Below, piece after piece: positions 1 to 8,899 of a stretch of 30,019 nucleotides of DNA; the stretch's first letter is position 1; each line of letters starts with the position of its first letter. The translations under genes and the position numbers were made by a program. Location: assembly GCA_043778965.1 (NCBI GenBank), contig JAYWFD010000090.1:1-30019 (forward strand), written 5' to 3'. The notes beneath the pieces were generated by a model. It was given only the letters and a program-made list of their open reading frames with translations, made no database searches and had not been told where the DNA came from. This DNA is from Candidatus Altimarinota bacterium. Its GTDB lineage: Bacteria; Patescibacteriota; Gracilibacteria; BD1-5; UBA2023.

Positions 1-678
1 GCTCAGAATCGAGAAAATCCTGATATGTGAGGATGTCATGACTATATGGTGATATTCTCCTGAGAACTTGCTGACGATATCAGCATCAAACAACGCGAAC
101 AGAAAGAATCACTCTGGATCGCGAAGAAAATCCGTGAATGAGTCGAAATCCTCTCGAATATCAAGGATAAGCACTTCATCCGCCGAGAGATCCTCACGGA
201 ACTCTCACGAGCAAGAAAATCCGTCTTCATCGAGCATGGATATATCACTGACTTTGCCATCATCCGCCGACTCAGGCAGATAAGCCGAAAGGGAGTGACG
301 GTGAAAGTCATCGTCCCTGATCGATCGGACTGAGTATATCATGCGAATATGTATAGTATCTATCAGTTCCTCCGCCCGAGCCTTCTCCATCCGAAGAAAC
401 CCAATACCAAACTCTCAGTCTACCTCTATCCTGGTCGCATCCATGCGAAAGCGATCGTGATCGACCGATGTACTGCGATCCTCGGATCTGCCAATCTCAC
501 CTATGGAAGTTTCGACCTCCTCTCGGAGACTAATGCGATCTTCCGAGGTTCAGACGGAGTCGTGCGTGACCTCCTGACGCAGATCGAAGAAGATATCACT
601 TATTGTACGAAGCTCACACTCAGTACTATCCCGCCTTATAAGAAGTGGATGGCATGGGTGCAGAAGATATTTATATAA
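1..678 (+). CDS. Phospholipase D / cardiolipin synthase family protein, C-terminal part (5' truncated by window)
   Basis: Frame +1 is open from base 1 to TAA at 676-678 with TGA=Gly. Contains the second HKD motif IHAKAIVID plus GSANL, and the typical preceding segment ARKSVFIEHGYI...GVTVKVIVP. Confidence 0.85.
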
Positions 679-718
679 AGGGAAAGTCCACGATCTTTCT
701 AGTCGAATCTTCTCTGAT

Positions 719-747
719 TTGACATAGATTTGATTTAATGATATAAT
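719..747 (+). promoter_or_regulatory. Consensus sigma70 promoter (TTGACA-17-TATAAT), -10 box 6 nt before ATG 754
   Basis: TTGACA 719-724 and TATAAT 742-747 with a 17-nt spacer. Confidence 0.8.
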
Positions 748-753
748 TACAAT

Positions 754-1425
754 ATGAGTTATTCAATAGATGAAATTAATAATCATCGACCTAAAAATCA
801 AACAAGATGAGGTCAAACACGGATTGACCTCATAGTAAGTACCGTCGGAATCTCACTAGCTCTTATAGCAAGTAACGTCGATGCACAATCACTATGACAT
901 CGTAACTTGGTACCCAGAATTCCATATACTCCAAGTGCAAATCAGAATTATCCGCAAACAACCGATCAAACAAGATGATATGATTCACTTACTAAACTAC
1001 TAGATGCTCGAAAGTCATATAGCTTATCATTCATAACAAAGCAATATTGAGAATATCTCAAGAAATCTAACCAAGAACTGACTCAGATAAATAGTGCTTT
1101 TGTAGAATACTTACAGAAAGTGGATGCTCTACAAAAAAGAGTAGATTTCGTCTCACTTCTTGAGCAGATGCTTGTGTTGTGAGCTAATCTGTGACTCAAA
1201 GATGAACAGACAACTATCTTAATTCAAGCATATGCATTTTTAGATTATCTCCCAAATACAACTTCCTCTCCAGACTGATCCGAAATAAGCTCATTAACTA
1301 TGAGAGAAATATTGGTCTCATGACATAATAATCTTGAGTTATCAAAAAGAATTAGAGTAGTTATAGGTCAAGGGAAGGAGTCAAAAATCTCAAAAAAAGA
1401 GGTTATCAAAGGACTCGCAAAATAA
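754..1425 (+). CDS. Hypothetical protein, 223 aa, with an N-terminal hydrophobic stretch (IDLIVSTVGISLALIASNVDA)
   Basis: ATG 754 to TAA 1423-1425, open only with TGA=Gly. Consensus promoter upstream and hairpin immediately downstream. No family motif recognised. Confidence 0.75.
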
Positions 1426-1456
1426 ATTCCCCCACTCTTTCGAGTAGGGGAATTTT
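1424..1456. terminator. Bidirectional intrinsic terminator between the hypothetical gene and tRNA-Glu
   Basis: AAATTCCCC-C-ACTC-TTTC-GAGT-A-GGGGAATTT stem-loop (GAAA loop on the minus strand), with A/T runs on both sides. Confidence 0.75.
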
Positions 1457-1465
1457 GATTATTTA

Positions 1466-1540
1466 TGGTAACGCCACGGAGAATTGAACTCCGGTCTACG
1501 GGATGAAAACCCGTTGTCTTAACCACTGGACGATGGCGTC
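1466..1540 (-). tRNA. tRNA-Glu (anticodon UUC), CCA encoded
   Basis: Reverse complement GACGCCATCGTCCAGTGGTTAAGACAACGGGTTTTCATCCCGTAGACCGGAGTTCAATTCTCCGTGGCGTTACCA: 7-bp acceptor stem, D-loop GG, anticodon arm ACGGG-TT-TTC-AT-CCCGT, GTTCAA T-loop. Confidence 0.95.
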
Positions 1541-1615
1541 AGAAAGCTTATTAGTATTTTAGATTTTTTGTTTTTTAGGTGATCAAAAAAACTATTACAC
1601 TAATAAACTAATAAA

Positions 1616-2047
1616 CTATTTCTTGAGATCCGTCGTGATACCCATAGAACGAGCAGATCCAGCTACGATAGACATAGCCATATCGAGGTCGTTTGCATTG
1701 AGATCAGGCATTTTTCCTTCTGCGATCACTTTGAGTTGATCCTTCGTGAGGTGCCCGACTTTGGTCTTATGAGCTTCCTTAGATCCAGATGCGAGTTTGA
1801 GTGCATCCTTGATCCACCAAGTCATAGGAGGTTGCTTCGTATAGAAGTCGAAGCTTCGATCGTCGTAGATATTGATCACTGTAGGAAGGATCTTCCCCAT
1901 CTGATCTTTGGTCTTGTCGTTGAACTGTTTACAAAATTCGGCAATTTGGATACCGGTAGGCCCAAGGGCGGTACCTACTGGAGGTGCTGGATTCGCCTGT
2001 CCTGCCTTAAGCTGGAGTTTGACGACTTTGGTTGGTTTCTTAGCCAT
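1616..2047 (-). CDS. rplK: 50S ribosomal protein L11
   Basis: [37 protein letters not shown]...GSARSMGI signature; 143 aa. Confidence 0.98.
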   Translation of the reverse strand: MAKKPTKVVKLQLKAGQANPAPPVGTALGPTGIQIAEFCKQFNDKTKDQMGKILPTVINIYDDRSFDFYTKQPPMTWWIKDALKLASGSKEAHKTKVGHLTKDQLKVIAEGKMPDLNANDLDMAMSIVAGSARSMGITTDLKK

Positions 2048-2229
2048 AAAAATAAAAAATTACATATTTCGTCTGTCACACGGGGCATGTTCCTGGAGAT
2101 AGATCCTGTTCGGGAAAAGCGAAGGATATATCCCAAGTAGATAAACGTTGAAGCTCGCGTATTATAGATATTTTGGAGAAAATGCAAGGAAAAAGTGACA
2201 GATTTTAACATATATGTTATATTGAATGT

Positions 2230-2943
2230 ATGGAATCCCTCTGAAATGAAAAAGACCGCGATATTATTTGTTCTATTCCTTGAAGATCTATAAAATCTAT
2301 TGAGGATTTGAGGATGAGTTTTACTTGATGAGGAAGAGAAGTTATTATTGAGTGAGATTCAAGAATCGGAAATATCATAAATATCGCCCAGATTCATTAT
2401 TATCCTGACTCTGGATTAGAGTCATATACAGATCCTATAAGATATAGACTTCTGGCACTCTACCAAAAAGCTATCTATGGTGAACTTTCCAGTAGAAAGA
2501 TAGAACATGTATTTATAGAATGATTTAAAGTAGAGGAAGACACCTCGAGTCTACAAATATGGAAAAAGCAGAAACAAGGATTACTCAGAGACCCAGAGCA
2601 TAGAGATGAGCTCTTCGTAAAATATGGATGAGCTATAGTCTACTTCTTAGAAAATCCGAAAGTCAGAATATATCCAACCGAGGAAAAAGATTCCCAAAGA
2701 CAACTCGATAGATACAATATTTCTTGTGAAGGTCAAGATCTAATTCACAAAAAAAGAGAGGACTTTACTATAAGAAGTGTGAAAAAACTCCTCTGACAAA
2801 AACCTGGATTAAATATTGCTATGGTCTATGGGGCAAGACATCTATTTTGAGATAATATAAAAGATATATTCTGACCTGATCTCCCCCGAATGGAACGAGT
2901 AACATTTCCAGGAATTGCAGAAAGATACCTAGAAAGAAAATAA
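2230..2943 (+). CDS. Hypothetical protein, 237 aa, possible TraB/TIKI/EreA/ChaN-superfamily metallohydrolase
   Basis: Open with TGA=Gly, from ATG 2230 to TAA 2941-2943. Motif order IAQIH ... VFIEG ... KRE ... MVYGARH resembles the H/E/R/GxxH pattern of that superfamily. The CDS is solid; the family is inferred. Confidence 0.65.
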
Positions 2944-2955
2944 AATTCTACAAAA

Positions 2956-3648
2956 CTATGGAATCCTCTGGAGATTATCTCTGATACTCTGACGATAACT
3001 ATCCCCTCAGAAATCGAAGTGCCACCACTCAGTATCGATCTCTTCGAACCCTCATACCTTCATCACTTCACGTAAGAGTGCACGATTGGTTCTCTGCTTT
3101 GGCGTGAGCTCATCCTCTCTACTTGTTCATGATAGATCCGAGAGGTCATCGAATCCTGTACCCATATCGATGGGTTTTCCTTTATACAAGATAGAGACAT
3201 CCAGAGCGCATCAGAAGCTATGAATCGAACCTCTTTTTGGATGAGCGAAGTATTCTGTTTTTTCATTTGATTCTGCCCATGTATACATCTCTTCCTGTAC
3301 GCTTTGCGGTCGTCCTGCATCATATACTATTAGAGAATACTGAGTTCATTTCTTCTTCCTGAGTACCTTATTCGCCTGCATAAGCCCGAGTGCGACTTCT
3401 CGACGAAGTAGGATAGGAGCATATTTCTGATAAAAAGCTTTCTGAGCAAAGTTATCTGTACTCGCGTACTTCATATCAAGACAGATGCTCGTACTTATAA
3501 GTTCTCTCAGGTTGATAAAAGGTGTCCTCGGCATGATGCGAGCTACTTCCATTTGCATCCTTTTCGAAAGACCCTCCACTCTTGGAACATTCTTAAGAGG
3601 ATAAGGAAGAGTTTCAGGGAAAAGATCAGACTGATTATCTTTATTCAT
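2956..3648 (-). CDS. ddpX: D-alanyl-D-alanine dipeptidase (VanX/DdpX, peptidase M15D), 230 aa
   Basis: With TGA=Gly: DMKYASTDNF, LIVYDAGRPQSVQ, GSIHSFGCALD (SxHxxGxAxD), DMGTGFDD, EWWHFD. Stop TAG at 2956-2958. Confidence 0.9.
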
Positions 3649-3780
3649 GAATGAATATTATCCTAATTGGAATAATTTTCAAAATTTCGTGAAAAACTTT
3701 AGAAAAATACGATACACTTTTTGCAAAATAATAAAATATATGTTAAATTAACTTAAGATACTATCTAATTATTTATTCAT

Positions 3781-4830
3781 ATGACAAGATTTGAATCATG
3801 ACCTCAGCAAGAATTAGATAAAGGGGAAGCTCCATCTACATACAAAGTAAAACCATGAGACACTCTCTGAATAATCGCACAAAAAAATGGTTTCAAAAAC
3901 TGGCAAGAACTTGCTAAGATTCAAAAACCATGATTCAATCCTAATAAGATATATCCTGAACAAGAAATATCTCTCAGGGGCAAAGAGAAGACTCTAACTG
4001 CTGTTGACTTTACTCGACCAAGAGTCGTCGATCAGAATGCTATAGCTATATCAATACGCACTGATACTGCTGAAGCTGAAGAGGCTATTGGAGCACTTGC
4101 TGGACTACTTCCTGGAATCGATAATCTAGCTCCCCCTTCTCTAAGGAGAGAACCGAGAAGAATAGACCAACTTTCTCCCTATGATATAAAAGTATGAAAG
4201 GATCTCATAGAAGTCCTCTCATGAAATGGAGATTCAGTGAGAATACCTACATTATTCAATATTACTCTTACAAAAAGTGGCGGAGTAGACGTCATGCCAC
4301 TCAGTCTTCTTCAGTGATGAGAGATTCTTAAAGGAATACAAGACTATCTTATTAAGAGATATCCTGAAATCAAAAGCCCTCTGGAAGTCGTATCCATAGG
4401 AAATAATAGTGATACTTCTCAGTCTTATAGAGACAGAAGTATGACAATTCGATGAGCAAATGGAGATATTTTTACCTTCTCTGCGAACAGTCTCGATAAA
4501 AAAATGGTATTAAAAAAACTCCTCTCATGAAATCCTGAATTTTTATGAACACCGAGAGAGTTAACTCTCCTAAACAATACAGGAAAAATCATAATGCCCA
4601 CTGGTATCGAAAGTGGATCTCTGACAGGAATACCAAAAAATATTTCCATAAATGGTGATACCTGGACACAAAGTGGTCCAACTTGGCCAAATGAAAATAG
4701 TTCGATTTTTGAATTTAGAGATTCTAGTGGATCTACGAAATATCTTCAGATGAGCCTATCCTCTTCGAGTCCTCGTTTTCCGAATTTTGCTGAAGTTACA
4801 AAACCACCTGAAGCTGTCAAACTCAGATAA
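3781..4830 (+). CDS. LysM-domain protein, 349 aa, C-terminal part unrecognised
   Basis: YKVKPGDTLGIIAQKNGFKNWQELAKIQKPGFNPNKIYPEQEISL LysM motif (Gly residues partly TGA). Frame open to TAA 4828-4830, absorbing track ORF 4594..4830. Confidence 0.85.
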
Positions 4831-4837
4831 AACATAT

Positions 4838-5785
4838 CTAAAAATATATCTCACTTTTTCTCCGCTCTAAGCGGAGATTTTTTATCTCTTTCATTGTCCC
4901 TCCATTTGCTGTAAGTATATATCGCAATATTTCTTCGATATTCCCTTCTGATAGTCCGATTGTTCCATTATTTGCTTTTTCGTAGAGATATCGGATGATC
5001 TCTTTCTGAAAAAATAAGGATTTCTTCTCAAATTCAGTGATGAGAAAGCTGATACCATCAGAAAGGAATACCTTCACTTCTTCATCGATCCAACACTTCA
5101 ATTCTCTAGTATATTCGATAAAGTTCTCGATCGACTGCCTATACTCTGGATTGATTTTTTCAAACTCCGGTAAGATATTTTTACGGAGATGGTTACGGAG
5201 ATAGTCTGTATCGGAGTTCGATGAATCTTCCCGAAATAGTATATTTTTCTCACGAGCATATTCGAGGATTTCTGATTTCGAGATGGAGAGAAGAGGCCGA
5301 AAAAGAGAAACTCAATCATCTATCTGAGAGACTTCTGATAATGCGTGTATACCACCTAGTTTTGTTCCACGAATCAGATTGAACATCGCTGTCTCGATAC
5401 GATCATCCTGATGGTGAGCTGTCAGGATATATTTCGCCTGATCTTTTTTTGCGATATGAAGGAAAAACTCATACCTATATTTTCGTGCGACTGATTCTAT
5501 ACTCATCTTTTCATCTTTTGCGAGAGTTGCAATATCCAGTTTTTCGAATTCGAAAGTGATATCTTCTTTCTTGCAAATATTCGCAACAAAATCACGATCC
5601 CCATCTGATTCAGATCACCGTAGACTATGATCAAAATGTGCAACGATAATCTTATTTCTATCGTGATATGCTCGCACCAAATCCAAAAGTACTATACTAT
5701 CAACTCCCCCACTTACTGCTAAAATGATGAGATCATCTTTTTGTATATATTTCGAGAATGAGGTGAGAAATACTTTTTCTGTCAT
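4838..5785 (-). CDS. tilS: tRNA(Ile)-lysidine synthetase, 315 aa
   Basis: LAVSGGVDS, ESVARKYRYEF, LTAHHQDDRIETAMFNLIRG, RPLL, EDSSN...YLRNHLR. Joins three track fragments through TGA. Confidence 0.95.
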
Positions 5786-5805
5786 TGCGAGGAACGAAGC
5801 AATCC
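5781..5805. repeat. Short CGTC/RPE-like palindromic element overlapping the tilS start codon
   Basis: GTCATTGCGAGGAACGAAGCAATCC. Shares its first 14 nt (GTCATTGCGAGGAA) with the element at 13025 and has an internal ATTGC/GCAAT stem. Confidence 0.7.
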
Positions 5806-5818
5806 ATGCTCCGATATA

Positions 5819-6139
5819 TTAAAAATTTCAAACTTTTTTATTCGCCTCCCTCACAAATCGCAAAATCTCATCATCTGGAGCGAGTATATTCACCATTTCT
5901 TTTCCGCATTTCGAGCATTTCTGACGTATCACTTCTCCCTTCCCTTTCCGATGATCCACACCGATGGGCTCCATGAGTCCATGACACACTGAGAGCCTAT
6001 CTCCTGGCTTCTCATCATCGACATGGAGCGAGTAGAGACAGTGCAGACAGTGATTACGAGCACTTCCAGAAGGATGCTCTGATACTTCTTTCCTGCATTG
6101 TACGCACGTGAATGATTCATTTCGCATGATAAATCCCAT
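5819..6139 (-). CDS. RNHCP-domain (zinc-ribbon) protein, 106 aa
   Basis: NESFTCVQC...ARNHCLHCLYSLHVD...PGDR...CHGLMEP...CSKCG. Extends through TGA at 5828 to TAA at 5819-5821. Confidence 0.9.
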
Positions 6140-6186
6140 ATTTTTATAATATATCTATTTTCTCTGAAAAGAAAAGTCCTCCTTTT

Positions 6187-6215
6187 TTGCAAAAATCAGA
6201 CTTTTCTGCTATCAT
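6187..6215 (+). promoter_or_regulatory. sigma70-like promoter for the PilB/GspE gene (TTGCAA-17-TATCAT), 6 nt before ATG
   Basis: TTGCAA 6187-6192, TATCAT 6210-6215, ATG 6222. Confidence 0.6.
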
Positions 6216-6221
6216 AGAGAC

Positions 6222-7733
6222 ATGCCTACCATCATCGCACCTACTCCCGAAGATCTCGAGATTCCAGCTATAATACCTGAAAAAAACTCAGGCACTGAAG
6301 CGATCGCCTCTAGAGATACTGCCATCAGTGCCAGGAAAGTAGAATCTATATCTGAAACTATAGAGCTACACAAAGATACTTCACCAGATAATCAAACCCT
6401 GACTTCCCCCCAGACAGAAGAAGCTCTTGCGATTCATAATGAAGAAGAATTCCATGAGAAGATCGAGGCCGTCCGAGAATGAGAGAAAAAACATGGAAAT
6501 ACCGCGAATTTCGATGAGCTCGTCAGACAGCTTCATGAGAAACTTAAGCTCCAAGACAGTGAAGCCGCTCTCACTCTGATGACTCGTGGTGCTCTCGGAT
6601 TCGGCAGCTCAGATATTCACTATGACACGAGCGATACGACGATAGCTATACGTATCCGTATCGATGGCGAGCTCGTGACGATCGGCACATTCGATAAGTG
6701 AGAATATAAACTTCTCCTTGAACGCCTGAAGTACAAGAGCAATCTGAAGCTCAATATCACTGAAGTTCCACAAGATGGTAAGTATCGTATCACTGATGGG
6801 GGTGATCGCATCGATGTCCGTGTCTCGACACTTCCAGTACGATATGGTGAGAATGCTGTATGTCGTATCCTCGACTCGACGAAATCTATCCCCACTGTCG
6901 ATCAACTTGGACTCATGTGGACATCGAAGCGACAGATCGATAAAAGCATGAAGAAGAAGAACGGTACTATCCTCGTGACCTGACCGACAGGATCAGGAAA
7001 GACGACGACCCTCTACTCACTCCTCACGACCCTCAATACTCCGGATCGTAAGCTTATCACTCTCGAAGATCCTATAGAGTACGAACTCCCTGGGGTCGTA
7101 CAGAGTGAAGTCGATGAGAAAAAAAACTATCTCTACTCTACAGGCCTGAAAGCCCTCATGCGACAAGATCCAGATATCATCATGATTGGTGAAGTCCGTG
7201 ATCTCGACTCAGCAACCATCGCGATGCAGGCAGCCATGACCGGACATCTCGTGCTCTCGACACTACACACGAAGAATGCATGAGAGACGATAGAGCGTCT
7301 CATGAATATGGGGATCCCGAGTTATATCCTCGCATCAGGACTCGACGTCATCATAGCCCAGCGTCTCGTACGCAGACTCTGTCCTCACTGCATAGAGAAG
7401 TATGAAGCTGACCAGAGCCAGAAAGATATCATCCAGTGGATGCTGAAGGATATCGGTATGGCATGACTCGCCGCGAAGCAAGATGGCTATACACTCTACC
7501 GATCGAAGGGATGTGAAGTATGTGGTATGACCGGATACAAGTGACGTATCGGCGTCTATGAAGTCCTCTCATTTACGGATGAGATCCGAGCACTCATACG
7601 TGGTGGAAGTAGCCCGAAGGAGATCATCGAGACAGCTCGTAAGTGAGACCTCATGCTCATGCGAGAGGATGGTATACTGAAGGCTATGCAAGGAAAGACG
7701 AGTCTGGAAGAACTCTTTAAAGTGATAGAATAA
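6222..7733 (+). CDS. pilB: Type IV pilus / type II secretion assembly ATPase (PilB/GspE family), 503 aa
   Basis: SDIH, NITEVPQDG, RVSTLP, Walker A G(TGA)PTGSGKTTT, TLEDPIEY, LMRQDPDIIMIGEVRD, AMTGHLVLSTLHT, zinc module LCPHC...GCEVCG, GYKGRIGVYEV. Confidence 0.9.
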
Positions 7734-8356
7734 TGATCGATCAAATAACCACATCTGAAATACTCACTTCATGGGCAACATTTCAAAAGCATGGTTGACT
7801 CAAGGGTCAGCAAGAAGTTATCGTTCATACGCTTGATATACACGCGTTACGTTTACAGCTTTCAAAAAAACTGGAAGAATTATGAGTATCTGAGTATACT
7901 CCTTGTACAGATGATGAAATCTATATTACGATATGTCTCAGTGAAGATAAAAAATCTGGGATTAGAATAACTCCAATTGATCAGAAAAATCACTCATTAA
8001 GAATTGAATATATAAAAGCTAAAAATAAAGGCTTATTATGTCTTTTTTGTGCAGTATACTATGCCCCAACTAATTGAGTTAAGTCCATCACACTCTGAGT
8101 CTGACCCGAAAAGAAGGAATGAATAACATCTAGAGAGAGCAAGCTAAAAGTCCGTAATATTTATGAAGCCTATGGGTTTATAAATATTAATCATCCTTTT
8201 GCCTTAAGATTTGATTATGCTGTAATAGACGGTGAAGTAAAAAGGGTAAACTATCGGACGGAAGCAGATCACAATCCTGGCATGTCACTTCATCTGGATA
8301 ATAGAGAAACTCTAAAGCATCTACTGTGACTTTCAGATCGCATACGCCAAGCATAA
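7733..8356 (+). CDS. Hypothetical protein, 207 aa, possible GNAT-like fold
   Basis: ATG overlaps the pilB stop (TAATG). Open with TGA=Gly to TAA 8354-8356. LRIEYIKAKNKG...GVKSITLGV...VRNIYEAYGF resembles the C-terminal half of GNAT proteins (inference). Confidence 0.7.
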
Positions 8357-8363
8357 ACAAGTT

Positions 8364-8404
8364 TTGACTCCATCATCCAAATAAATATAATTCTCGTATA
8401 TTTA
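8364..8404 (+). promoter_or_regulatory. sigma70 promoter (TTGACT-16-TATAAT) overlapped by an 8-7-8 inverted repeat
   Basis: TTGACT 8364-8369, TATAAT 8386-8391. Inverted repeat TAAATATA (8382-8389) / TATATTTA (8397-8404). Confidence 0.55.
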
Positions 8405-8415
8405 CATTTCCTTTT

Positions 8416-8544
8416 ATGGCAGATCAAAAAATTACATTCGATGAGGCAATAACATATTTCGATCATAGAATAGATACAGTTCATGTTCCTAATCTACAGA
8501 GAAAACTTCAAATTATCAAGAATAGTCCCGTATGAGCAAAATAG
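8416..8544 (+). CDS. Small protein, 42 aa (candidate antitoxin)
   Basis: MADQKITFDEAITYFDHRIDTVHVPNLQRKLQIIKNSPVGAK*. Lies behind its own promoter and overlaps the next ORF by 13 nt. Confidence 0.55.
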
Positions 8545-8867
8545 TAAAGATACTTTCGAAATCTCTCGATTCGATCGATAAATATATTGAGTTATTTCTC
8601 GATTTTTATGTGACTCTCTATTCGGATAGTGGTATATGGAGTGAGGAATTCATCATCGAAGATTATAGAGTGAAAGCGAAGAAACTCCACAGGAATATAC
8701 TCGACTATATCCAGAATCGTATGAGTGAAGAACTCCTCCCATATGAGCTTCTCGATTTCGGAAAGAGAAAATGCATCCTCACTATCGAACAGCGAAGACT
8801 CGAAATCATCTATGAGGAATCCGATACCGAACGAGTCATCCATGAGATCAAAATAGAACACAGATAA
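8532..8867 (+). CDS. 111-aa protein, RelE/ParE-like candidate toxin
   Basis: Track ORF. N-terminal VKILSKSLDSIDKYI and C-terminal RKCILTIEQRRLEIIYEESDTERVIHEIKIEHR follow the RelE/ParE strand pattern (inference). Confidence 0.6.
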   Translation: MSKIVKILSKSLDSIDKYIELFLDFYVTLYSDSGIWSEEFIIEDYRVKAKKLHRNILDYIQNRMSEELLPYELLDFGKRKCILTIEQRRLEIIYEESDTERVIHEIKIEHR

Positions 8868-8894
8868 TCCCCCACTTTCGTAGGAGATTTTTTT
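8866..8894. terminator. Bidirectional terminator between convergent genes, related in sequence to the 1424 hairpin
   Basis: AATCCCCCAC-TTTC-GTAGGAGATT followed by a T run. GAAA loop and G-U pairs on the minus strand. Confidence 0.6.
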
Positions 8895-8899
8895 AGAAG

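Noticed and set aside
679-1540. tRNA-anchored prophage or integrative element
   Set aside because: No integrase, no duplicated tRNA 3' end (att site) and no phage genes were seen in the window.
2048-2160. SRP (4.5S) RNA or another known ncRNA upstream of rplK
   Set aside because: No SRP domain-IV motif with a GNRA-capped helix was recognisable; kept only as a possible leader.
2956-3648. Vancomycin-resistance locus
   Set aside because: Only a VanX/DdpX-type dipeptidase is present, with no vanA/B ligase, vanH or vanRS nearby.
7733-8894. Integron cassette array for the short accessory genes
   Set aside because: No attC-type RYYYAAC...GTTRRRY boundaries and no integron integrase; the genes have their own promoter and terminator.
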